From Dimorphilus gyrociliatus (Eukaryota > Animalia > Annelida): a stretch of DNA of 64,000 nt. Both the position numbers and the translations under genes were made by a program. Location of the stretch: contig CAJFCJ010000005.1 of NCBI GenBank assembly GCA_904063045.1, positions 482,685-546,684 of the forward strand, given 5' to 3'. Positions 13,101 to 23,891 of this stretch are shown in pieces (position 1 is the stretch's first letter; every line of letters starts with the position of its first letter). A model generated the notes under the pieces. The model ran no database searches. It saw nothing but the letters and a program-made list of their open reading frames with translations, and was not told the DNA's origin.

Positions 13101-15033
13101 CCAATCTTATTGTTTGAAATATCCAAATAGTGCAGATCTGGTAGAAAGAATAAAAGCCTGGCTAAGAGAGGCACATCTTCATTTATGATACTGCAAGTAG
13201 ACAAATTTATATCATTAATGGCAAATTCAGAGAAACATAGCGTTTTCTTTAGTGACTCCAATACTTGCTTGATTCCGTAACCTATTAGTTATAGAAGATA
13301 ATTTAAATAGCAAATACATTTTCTATAGCCTTTAATCACTTACCTCTAAGGTTATTATGCGCCAAACTTAGCTTCTTTATAGGTGTGGAACTTTCCACAA
13401 TACGGCTAATCTCTAAAATTTCGTTATAACCCAACTTACAGTTTGTAAAGGAAATCGTTTTCAATTTCAAAGTGATTTTTTCAACAGATGATTCAAGTTT
13501 AATCGGTATATCACCAATCACCAAAGTATTTAATTTACAATTTTTAACTGCTGCTAATAGTTCATTCAACAATGTTGATTCACTCTGGCCTCCACGTATT
13601 TTCAATACTTTTAAATTTGGAAGAGATTTTACTTTCGAAAGTAATTCCTTCATTGAGAAATTAACATTTTCAAATTCAATTTTAGTGATAATATCTTCTT
13701 TTGATAATGAAACATGAAGAGCGAAATTCGATAGAGAATAATTTTTCAGACTACGCTCTTCGATATTTAACGGTATTTTATCTGGGATATTTTCATCTAC
13801 ATAGTCAAGATATTTTGGTTCTCTAAGACACATGTTAATTAATCTTTCTTCATCCTTCTTCTGTATAAAGTTTAAGACACTTTTTATTCGATTTGCCTTT
13901 ACCTGGGTTCTTAACAAGTCATTTGTTCTAGCATCTTTAGCTTGACGTAGGCAATAGTTTGCGGCAAAATATTCTTCAAACTTTGCATGACAGAATCCCC
14001 ATGTAACGCTTTCACTATTTTCAAATATTTTATCCATAAGATGGGGAAATTTATTTTCCGTTGGACTTGTTACATACATCTTATTATTGAATATACTACA
14101 ATATGCAATCTCTTGCAATTGTCTCTCAGATATATCAGTAATAATATGATCGTCTTTTAAAAGTTTAACAATTTCATAAAAGAGATCATACTCTATTTCA
14201 ATCTGACTAATATCTCTATTATTCTGATAAAGAATTACGAAAAGCTGCGCTATTAAAGGTGTTAAATAGGCGATATTACGAAATTCTCTACTCCTAGTTA
14301 CTTCCATAAATAATTTCATGCCAGCGCTCTCATTCAAGATCATGCATCTAAGTTGGTTTGGTTTTTTTTGCTCATGTTTAAGAAATTTATTAAAATATTC
14401 TTCCAAGTGGGACCAATGAAAGCCGATAATTTCATATATTGAAGGGCAATTTTCTCCCGCTTCTTCTCTGGACCATACCACCAACTTATTTTCAGCGTAT
14501 TGATTCGTAACCAATGGTTTAATCGTGCTGTTATGTAATAGTATATTTTCTTCTGAATCATCGACGAATAGAATAATCTTTCTTCTACCTTCGTTATTTA
14601 AAAGTTTCGCCAGATCACTGCTTTGTACTCTAGAATCTTGGTAAAAGTTTTGTTCTATTATACAAGCTTCTATTTGATCTGTTTGTCTCCTGACCTTTTT
14701 CACAACCAATTTTAAAGGTAAAAAATCTTTTGAAAGATTCTCATCACAACACCAATAATTTAATAACTTGTCCAAATGAAAACTTTTTCCAACTCCTCCT
14801 CTACCAATAATACGACATGTTTGAAATTCAGCCTCTCGAAAACGTTCCCAAAAATATCTTCCATCATTACAGACATGTTCTGTATTTTCACCTTTTTCTC
14901 TAATGACTACAGGAGTGCTTAACTCTTTTAGCGAACAGCGTTTACTTTCCTTGACGTAGGATAACTTTCTCAGACTTTTTAATCGGTCTAAATGAAATTG
15001 TTTATACTCTTCGACTACTTCGTCCTCGTTCAT
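10193..15033 (-). CDS. NACHT-LRR (NLR-like) protein 3, about 1592 aa, 2 exons
   Basis: Exons 15033-13344 and 13281-10193, with a 62-nt phase-1 intron (13343-13282), in frame. Walker A RIIGRGGVGKS, Walker B IILFVDDSEE, LTPLIAQL, winged-helix motif FCHAKFEEYFAANY, RI-like LRRs. The frame stays open ~30 codons upstream of the ATG, so the N-terminus is uncertain. Confidence 0.9.
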
Positions 15034-15552
15034 AATCGTTCCTTGTATTAGCAGCGAATGAACAAGGCACGATTTCTTCTCTATATTTAGAGAAGTGCAG
15101 CTCCTTGGTTTCGTTTTATATGGTTAATAAAGAGTATAATGGAAATGAATAATAAATAACAAGGTCAAATTTTTACCTATCTATAGAATCAAAACTTTTG
15201 AACGAATAACCGTTAACTTGAACAAAACGGAAGAAAAATTCTATAATAATCTATACTGTAATGAATACAGTTCATTATAAAGAGTTTTGCTGTTTATTCA
15301 TTTAACCACACTGGTAAGATTTCGCATTTAAAATGGCAGCATACAGTCACTGCTGGCGGGTGTAACATGTGTGGAAAAAAAAAGACCCCGATAGATGGCG
15401 CAATTTTCTAAATAAAATAAATATATTATCTATTCATTTATTCATTCATTCATTCATTTGTCCAGTCCAATAAAATATGAGAAACGATAGTCGTCATCAT
15501 TGTTAGTTTAATTTCGATATACAGATAATTAAACAAGGGTAATCTTATAGAA

Positions 15553-16184
15553 ATGTATAAGACTTTGAAATTCCTTATCTGTATATTACTTATAGTCCGT
15601 TCAATAAGAGGTATATTACTAATGAATATAGTAAAGTATTATCAAATTTTGTAATAATCTAACAGATGTCAAAAAGTTAAGGGAAACGGAAAGGAACGAT
15701 CAAAGGCATTTTGAATTCTTAATCGACGGTAAAGTATACTTGTAATCATTTTCAGAAACGATAATAAAGTCTATATATGTTCAAGCTATTGAAAAGAAAT
15801 GCGAAGAATTTCGAAATCTCTTCCAATTTTCATGCTCAATTCTTCCAATCGATGCAGAAAGTAGAAGGAAAAAATGCTTCACATTTGAACTAAGTATATT
15901 CAATTCAATATGAATTTTTTTTATTAATATTTCAATACAAATTCAAAACAGAAATTAAATTCAAAAAGTCACTTCGAAGAAATTTTTGGTTCTATTTACA
16001 AAATATTAAAAAGTTGAAATCATATAGGAATTTTTCAACAATTCAAACAATTCAAAAAAGGCATCAGTATTGTTTAGAAGAGTTATATAAACTTGTTGGT
16101 GTAAATCAAGATGTAACTGAGAAAGGAAGAAAGTATTTTCTATTCATTAAAGTAATATTATTGATATTATTCTCGTTCTATTAA
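15553..16184 (+). CDS. Small secreted or membrane-anchored protein of unknown function, 4 exons (absent from ORF track)
   Basis: Exon 1 (15553-15610) encodes signal peptide-like MYKTLKFLICILLIVRSIR. Exon 2 is 15666-15728 and exon 3 starts at 15786. Phase-1 GT-AG introns keep the frame open to a hydrophobic C-terminus YFLFIKVILLILFSFY* at 16184. Confidence 0.6.
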
Positions 16185-16695
16185 GAATTTTAATTGAAAA
16201 GACAAATATTCAAGTAATTGAATAAGTTCTTGTCATTTGGAATAGTCTTCTATTGCTTTATTCTTTAACGAAATAAATAATTGAACTAAGCATTGAATAA
16301 TCAGTTGTAAGATTGTTTATTTATAAAATATTAACGAATTATATAAGCCTTCAACTAATTAATACTCTGGAGATTTGTTGATTTATAACTATTTTTGAAT
16401 CATCGATAAGTCTTCCCTCAGGGAGAGTGTAGAGTCTATTCCGGAAGTACACGTGAATAGGATAAATAGGTACAATTATCGCCTCTCTTTTATACTCGAA
16501 TAAAATGTTACAAAATTTGTTCAAATAGGCTTAATTTTGGAAAAAAGAATCTATTCATCCATATGAAAAATGATTGAATACCTTGTTTGTTTGAATATGA
16601 AATAAATTGCCTCAGGGTAAATGGTGATTCGTACATTTTTCAGCTTCAACTCCACTTGATCTCTTTGTCATTTACACTTCCAGCGTCGAATTGAT

Positions 16696-17551
16696 ATGAT
16701 GTTCGCAAAAGGGATTATCTATCTTTTAATTCTTATTCAAGTTGATTCTAGCAAAGGTAAATAGAATAGTAGTATTTGAATAATATAAATTGTCTTAAAG
16801 GTTTAGAATGCTGGGAATGTACGGAATGTAATGATCCTATGAAAGTGGTGAAAATTTCTTGCCCAAATGATAATTATAGATGTATAACGCAGATAAACGG
16901 TTCGGTTAAGATTAACTATTAAGACAAAAGTAACGCCAATTTATATATATTATCTTTTCATATAGATAATATTACCGAAAAGTATTGCCAATTGAAAAAC
17001 ATGAATGGTAATATCTTTGAGAATAATTGCATTATTAGAGGGAATAAGATATCTTGTACCTGTTCAAGTGATTATTGTAATGAAGAGGATCTGTCTAATG
17101 AACTTATACCCAGAAAAAACAGTTGATATTCTTAATTAATTAATATTTATAAAGATTCTTCTTATTCTTAACTTATTACAAGTTCGATTTTTTATTAGAA
17201 GTTACTTGCTGGAAATGTAATTCTATAGAGAATAAATGGTGTGGAACTGTAGTAAGTCTACCAGAAGGCGATTCAAATGAATTTAAATGCGAAGTCGAGA
17301 TTAATTACGGCTCTTGCACTCTTCAGAGCGCTCAATATGGTTTGTACTACAAACGCTTGTCTTAAACGTGTCTTAATATATTTTATACATTACCTACAGG
17401 CTTAGTTTACCGAAGGGATTGTAGTAAACTTGGACGTTTAAAATATTCGGCTTGTAAAAGCTTTGACGAAGATGAATTTTGCTATTGTTCAGACAATTAT
17501 TGTAACCGGAATAATACTTTTGACAGAGTATTTACGGTATTTCAACTGTAA
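16696..17551 (+). CDS. Secreted protein with two Ly6/uPAR (three-finger) domains, 5 exons (absent from ORF track)
   Basis: Exons 16696-16756, 16801-16899, 16966-17121, 17199-17339, 17400-17551, all joined in phase 1. Signal peptide; domain 1 LECWECTECND...CTCSSDYCN; domain 2 VTCWKCNS...FCYCSDNYCN. Confidence 0.85.
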
Positions 17552-17944
17552 TTAGAAAATCATATTTCCATTGTACGGAAGTTTGCCTATTACGTTAGCG
17601 TAATTTTATGTATTTATAGTAAGGTTATAGTAATAATACTGATACTTTTCATTAATAAATTTTAGTAAATATACGCTCCCAAAACCTTTATTAAATTGTT
17701 TCGAATATCGATAAGTGTTCTGATAAAAATTCACAACTTTTCCTCTCTTTCTAGAGGATTTTACTTGAACTCGATTAGTTTAAAGAGTCTTCAATATCAG
17801 TCCTATTATAAGCTGAAATTATTCAAGTTTCATTTTTCTTAATCTTGAACTTTGCCCTCCTGTGGACGCTTCCAAGCTGAACAAGTGAAAGCTAACTTTG
17901 GACAATTAGAAAGTGAATTATAACTTTATGATTAGTATAGCAAA

Positions 17945-18017
17945 GGCCTTGTGGCGCAATGGATAACGCGTCTGACTACGGATCAGAAGATTCCAGGTTC
18001 GAATCCTGGCAAGGTCG
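17945..18017 (+). tRNA. trnR-ACG: tRNA-Arg (ACG)
   Basis: 73-nt cloverleaf GGCCTTGTGGCGCAATGG...TCTGA CT ACG GA TCAGA...GGTTCGAATCC...AAGGTCG, followed by a T-run Pol III terminator. Confidence 0.97.
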
Positions 18018-18150
18018 GATTTTTTGATTTGACAAGAATATCTAATATATATAACGTAATTAAATGAAATTTCGACTTTTTTTAAACATTTTAACATTTA
18101 ACAGAGTTAGCAAGGTCTAACATCCAATACACCTCATACACAACAAACTT

Positions 18151-18284
18151 CAAAGGTGCACCTAGCACATAACAGCAAGGTCAACCTCCCACAAATCTTC
18201 AAACACATTAGAGTAAAAACCTCAGACCAATCTCACCTATAGGGAAACCTCAAAAGTGCACCTAACATAGAACAGCAAGGTCAA
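18151..18284 (+). repeat. Imperfect 34-bp direct repeat, two copies 100 bp apart
   Basis: caaaggtgcacctagcacataacagcaaggtcaa (18151-18184) vs caaaagtgcacctaacatagaacagcaaggtcaa (18251-18284), 30/34 identical. A third AGCAAGGTC core lies at 18109. Confidence 0.75.
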
Positions 18285-18397
18285 TCCTGCAATAGTACTC
18301 AGAATGGAACATACTACTCAACAAAACACATGTAAGGAACAGACACACTCAGTTGAAATTACAATTCATTAGCGCAACAACTGAAGGATTACTAAGA

Positions 18398-19230
18398 ATG
18401 CCTGTATACAAATGTTCTGATGTGAAGTGCAAGACTTGCAAAAACATTCTTGCAATTGACTCATGGAGGTCTCCTGATGGACGGATAATGTTAAATATTG
18501 AGGAAGTACTTTCCTGTAATACAAGTAAAATTATTTTCCTGGCTACCTGTGACAAGTGTGGAATGTCAGTTACCACCAACACTAGCGTAAACTTGGGACA
18601 TAAATGGAGAATTTGGACCTCTAAGGTCTCACAAGCCAAACCAAACGGACTGAGTAATGTGATCTCCATATGAAAAAGTGTGGTCCTCAACACATGAAGA
18701 TGATACCATTCATGACTTATGAGAAAGTCAGGGAGGCCAACAAAATTATTAAAATGTTCAATGGCATTGTTGGAGGTGATTACAAGACCTTAAGAAATTT
18801 TCTACGCACAAATAAAGATATCAAAATGGAAATGAGGGAGAGAAAAACTACACTGAGAGAAGTTGAGGTGAGTTTAAACAACATAAAATTTAACCTCACA
18901 GAAGACATAAGGGTTAACCTTCCTCCTCAATTTGATGGAGGCATTGATTACTCCATCTTAACTAAAAACTGTTCGAAATGGGTTGTCATGGAAGAAAAAT
19001 TGGTCAATGACATGAGAGAAGAAATTGCTAGACAGCAAAATGAAATTGCCAACTTAAGAAATGAACTCAATGAAATAAAGAAGGAAACAAGTAACCTCAA
19101 GTTAATTAGTGAGGTAGAAAAGGAAGAAATCAAACAACTTAGAAACAACCCTACCTCAGATATGGGGGTTAGTGTTTGGAAAGTCAATAAAGCAGGCATT
19201 CTCATTTTTGAACCAGACCTACAAAAGTAG
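18398..19230 (+). pseudogene. Degenerate GIY-YIG-like (Penelope-like element type) coding sequence split into two overlapping ORFs, with coiled-coil C-terminus
   Basis: ORF1 from ATG 18398: KCxxxKCKTC...SCNTSKIIFLATCDKCGMSVTTNT..NL. This follows the Cys scaffold and xxY..CxxC...YIGxT layout of PLE endonucleases with the catalytic motifs substituted. ORF2 (18670-19230) overlaps via ATGA in the -1 frame. No RT seen. The sequence is intronless and CpG-poor. Confidence 0.5.
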
Positions 19231-19397
19231 ATTCTCAACTGAATTCCTTTCTCTTTTAAGGTTTTCTAACTGTATTTGTTGCACAAAAAAATTTTGTCTA
19301 TAAAATCTAACTTAGTTACTTCGGACAAATGAAACGATTTCATAAATTGTCCGTCATTTGAATGAGTGTTTTTTAACAATACAGTTTAAATGTAAGA

Positions 19398-19470
19398 GCC
19401 GGAATAGCTCAGTTGGGAGAGCGTTAGACTGAAGATCTAAAGGTCCCTGGTTCAATCCCGGGTTCCGGCA
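19398..19470 (+). tRNA. trnF-GAA: tRNA-Phe (GAA), G5:C68 variant
   Basis: GCCGGAATAGCTCAGTTGGGAGAGCGTTAGACTGAAGATCTAAAGGTCCCTGGTTCAATCCCGGGTTCCGGCA. Confidence 0.97.
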
Positions 19471-19760
19471 GATGGTTATTTTTTTTAGGTCTATATATCA
19501 TCAACATTTCGTATAACAGTTATTAAAGATAAAGCAAAAATGAATGATAAACTCTTATCTTTTGACATTTTCAATGAAATGGGAAAAATTAAACTCGTTA
19601 ACTACTCGTATTATCTGCCAATTAACTTATTAGACTATTAAATTTCCTTTCTCTTTCCAAGATAAATAGAGAGTTTCTTATATTCTTCATCATCTCAATT
19701 AGGCCTAAACTAAAATATTTTTTATAGGGAAGTTTGAATATAAGTACTCAGTTATTGTCG

Positions 19761-19833
19761 GCCGGAATAGCTCAGTTGGGAGAGCGTTAGACTGAAGATC
19801 TAAAGGTCCCTGGTTCAATCCCGGGTTCCGGCA
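19761..19833 (+). tRNA. trnF-GAA: tRNA-Phe (GAA), G5:C68 variant
   Basis: Identical to the 19398 copy; T-run downstream. Confidence 0.97.
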
Positions 19834-20685
19834 GTGGATCACTTTTTTTTTTACATTACTCCTATTAGTTTCCGAGTCAGTCTTCACAAGTAAAATGGTT
19901 ACAATTTACCATCTAACAATTTTTGATCTTAGCCACTTAGTCATTTTGTTACAGTTACCGTTTTATGCAGATCAACTATTGTAAACGAGATATCTGATTA
20001 ACTACTTTTAGACGCCCTAATATAAATACTTATTGGGGTAATTCTTGTGATATTAAATGAAATGAAAGGTTACGCATTCAACTGCTTACACTTTTAAATT
20101 GATTGTAAAAAGAGCACAGATAGTATACTGTATACAGAAAACTTCAATAGTGTTAAAAATACACTGTTCAAACGGCAGATGTATAATGTAAATGAAACGC
20201 AAATAAGCAAAAGTTTATTTCTATCTTATTCTTTAGAGAAAAGATCATTCAAGTATCTTGTGAACAGAGGTACCATGCAAATCTAGTTCAAAGTATTAAA
20301 TAGTCATTTCTCTTATCATCAACAACTGAATACAAATAGTTCGGAGATGCTCTAACTGATAAAGATAATCTAGAATTTGTAATTAACCTTGAGAATAGAT
20401 CATTGCATAAATTAACTGTTACAATTATTAATACTTTAATGATATACGATATTGTAACAGATCTACAAATCAATGTATATTTTAATTCTTTAATGAAAAT
20501 CATGGAAATTTATGGGTTAAATTATAGATCAATTTACTTCTTGAATATTATTATTAAGACAAGATAGTCTAAAAACTTCAAAAGTTAAGATTTCATAATT
20601 TACGAATCAACAGAAAGTTGAACTTTGTCAAAAAATAAATTCAGATTTTATAAAAATTCAATAAATAACCCTTCAAGTATCATCG

Positions 20686-20758
20686 GCCGGAATAGCTCAG
20701 TTGGGAGAGCGTTAGACTGAAGATCTAAAGGTCCCTGGTTCAATCCCGGGTTCCGGCA
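20686..20758 (+). tRNA. trnF-GAA: tRNA-Phe (GAA), G5:C68 variant
   Basis: Identical to the 19398 copy; T-run downstream. Confidence 0.97.
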
Positions 20759-20976
20759 GTGGATCATTTTTTTTTCCTTTCGTATACAAAAGTAAGCAAG
20801 TTCTTCTATTAGAATGATTTCTCTCTCACATAGATCAACAATAGTATAAACAGAGTTACAATTTTTTTATAGTTGTTGTAATTTTGTATCCTTCCTTTTT
20901 GCCTTTAAATTTAGGCCTAAATATTGAAATATTTTGTCTAGGGAAGTTTGGATACACTTGTATTCAGTTATTATCG

Positions 20977-21049
20977 GCCGGAATAGCTCAGTTGGGAGAG
21001 CGTTAGACTGAAGATCTAAAGGTCCCTGGTTCGATCCCGGGTTCCGGCA
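20977..21049 (+). tRNA. trnF-GAA: tRNA-Phe (GAA), G5:C68 variant
   Basis: Same sequence except TTCGATC in the T loop. Shares upstream flank similarity with the 19761 copy. Confidence 0.97.
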
Positions 21050-21944
21050 GTGGATCATAAGTTTTTCTTTTTAGACATTGGACTTTGTCTTGCATTTTTG
21101 TTTAATACGCTATATGGTCCAGTTGCGTTTTTGAAAGTAAAACATAGATAACCCAACTGTAACAGCTGCATGGAAGGGTGATAACCGGACAAATTACAAA
21201 GGGAATATCTACAGTATCATACGGTAATCCCTTTCGTTGATAAGGAGAAGAGCCTCCTTAAAGTCGTACTCCGTTCTCTCTTTTGAGTCGACAGATGGCG
21301 CTGCAGTTGATGGAAAGAAGATTAGTTCCCGTTATTTTTAGTATGATTATTAGAATAAAGTTGACAATATAATAATAAAAAAAGTGTAAAGCATAAAATT
21401 TGTATCATAAAAAAGAAGACTTAAAAGAATTAAAAGCGAAAATAGATTGAACGTGTTGAAAGAAGAATTGAACAATTCATTGTAAAATATATAGTATTAT
21501 ATACAAATACATAGTTATATATGATAACTGACTATTCAATTTGCTCTGAATAAATGACTGGAATTGAAAAAGAGAAAAGGAAAAAGGTAAATTACTATTT
21601 TTCTATATTGTTATAAGTTATAAATGCTTGAAAATAATGATATACAATTATTGACCGAATAAAAAGCTTCAAAAAAATCGATATATTTTTCCTTTAGTTG
21701 CTCAGCAGTTATTCTGTTTGTATTTATCTGAACGGAAATATGTTGAAATAAAAAGAAGAGGAAAAGATAGCAAACTTTATGACAATAACTGTGATAAGTT
21801 CAACAAACTTTTGAATTATATTCTTATTAATTTATTGAAATATTTAAGAATATTTTTAAGCCTATACTCAAATAGTTGGATATACACTGTCGATAAACGT
21901 ATAGAAGAAAGTATTGTTCGCAAAAGAAAACTTGAATAAGAATT

Positions 21945-22904
21945 ATGGATGATGACAACGATGGTAGATCTTCTGAACAGTTTGATAATGATACAACATC
22001 GGGTAGACATTCGTTATGGAGTCAATTTGAAAATCACGTTAAATCTGTAAATGGTGATTCTTCTCATCTACTTGATATTAAAGTTAAATTGAATTTACAA
22101 AAGCCAAGTAAGGATTTTTTACTAGTTCAAAAGGAGCTAAAAGATGAGAGAAATAATCAAGATAATAAATCTGATAAGAATGGTGTTTGTTTTAAATCAC
22201 CCTGTTTTAGAGGTCTGTATTCAATTCATTCCTTATTACTTTTCATTAATAAGAAAACTACAATAAAATTATTGTTACATTAGTTCAATTCGTTCTTGAC
22301 TCTTTTGAATGTTTTGTCATTAAATCAACTTTCTTTTAGTTACATTTTCAAGGATTTTGTCAATGATATTCTCTCTTTTTTCTTCTTCTTTATCTACGAT
22401 CTAGTTATTCATAGAAAACCTACTGAAAGAAATCTAAAAGTTCCTACGAAACAAGCTTCAGAAGATGTTAAAAAGGCTGCGAAGCGAGGTTGGCATAAAA
22501 TAAAACGAAATGTGGAAGACGTTAAAGCTGATAGGAAAGCTGCGAAATCTGAACAGAATTGGGATGTGTTGAAGCATTGTCTAGACGATATGGCCGCTAA
22601 TGAAGATGCAGTTAAACAAAGACTTTATAATCGTTATTTAAATGATCCGTACAAATGGAGAGAAAACTTGAGCCATTATCCGTCACATGTTAAAATTCGG
22701 GTTGAACAGGAGAGACGAGCGCGCGAAAGGGCCGAAAGAACTATTAGTGCCTCTCCAAGAATTAAAAAAATATTTTCGGGAGGAAACTCTCAAAGTGCTC
22801 ATTCATCAAGACCAACTACGTCAATATCAAAGATTAGACCCAAAAGTACACCTAACATTGAATTCAGTACTCGTCGCACTTACTTGAAGAATGCTTGGAA
22901 ATAA
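21945..22904 (+). CDS. Uncharacterised basic/helical protein, at least 255 aa, at least 2 exons
   Basis: Exons 21945-22212 and 22405-22904 join in phase 1 (G|TT) and stay in frame. Protein-like segment AKRGWHKIKR...NWDVLKH...RLYNRYLNDPYKWRENL. Possible upstream exons near 21554 and 21698 could not be phased. Confidence 0.6.
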
Positions 22905-23891
22905 AACAGTTCAATCAAAGCTTCACTGTATAACAAGTATCGAAAACTAAGAAAGGATATATAGGCTTACAGGTGACAAACAGCTCACATAAAGTCGAAT
23001 AGTTGATGTATATATATATATATATATTTGCTGTTCATTTAATAATCAATATACATTTGAATAATTGAAGAATTTTTCTTTTTGAGCAATAGTCATGCAT
23101 ATTGATAAGTTAAGCGCAAAAATTTACAGTTTAATTGCTCTTTGACCACGTTATCTTAATATTTAATGAATTCTTCTTAACAAATAGATATAAAATAAAA
23201 GTGAAGAAAGAAAAATCCATAATTATCCAACTGGGAAAACAAATATCCTTAATTCTAAATAATTAATTAATACCAAATTTAAAAACTCTATTAAAATCTA
23301 TCTCTTTCTTCTTTTAGTATTAAATGGAAATATGGAGAAATATGATATGAAAATGACTATCCTAGATAGTTAAATATTACTTAGTTATACATATATAGTA
23401 CTTTTTGTTTTGTCTATATATGAGTTACTTTTGTTTTGCTAAGCTCTCTTTTAAAAAGAAGCTACATTTTCGAAATAATAAGATTGATTTATTATTGAAA
23501 ATTCATTATATTATTAATAAAATGAATCATTGTTCTAAAAGGTAATTATACAAAATAATAGTATTCTTATAGATGAGAGAGACGCTCTCTCTCTCTCTCT
23601 ATCTTTCTTTCTTTCTGTCTTAGAGATTTGAATCCTACGCAAACAGAATTTTGTAACTAGATCATTGGTAACGTGTTTTTTTTCTCTTTCTTCTACAGTT
23701 GAAACTTACATTTCATACATTTAATTGATAGAGTAACGCCATCTGATGAGAAAAACAGACAAAATGAATAAGTAAATTATTCAAGTTTGAATTAAAAGAT
23801 TTCATCAGGATTAAAAGTGAACTTTTATTGTTAAATATTTCAAATGCAGTATAAATATAGTAAAAAATCTTTGTGTTTCAAAAAAGGTAAT

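Noticed and set aside
412-14561. Numerous 60-170 aa ORFs antisense to or nested in the NLR genes
   Set aside because: These are shadow ORFs of long AT-rich coding exons with no motifs of their own.
1-15033. Prokaryotic STAND/NACHT anti-phage defence system
   Set aside because: Spliceosomal GT-AG introns, Pol III tRNA genes and metazoan-specific families show the DNA is eukaryotic. The ORF pairs are exons, not operon genes.
18100-18400. Hammerhead ribozyme expected near Penelope-like elements
   Set aside because: No CTGATGA...GAAA core found on either strand.
19398-21049. CRISPR-like array of repeated ~73-bp units
   Set aside because: The repeats are tRNA-Phe genes with irregular spacing; there are no cas genes and the context is eukaryotic.
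19705-21058. Minus-strand ORFs 19705-19887 and 20867-21058 sharing HCRNPG.NQGPLDLQSNALPTELFRP
   Set aside because: The shared peptide is just the antisense translation of tRNA-Phe.
21100-21300. GC-richer stretch with small hairpins and a minus-strand AATTTGTCCGG resembling a U7 Sm site
   Set aside because: The element order and 3' hairpin do not fit U7 or H/ACA models. It needs an Infernal scan and is not supportable by eye.
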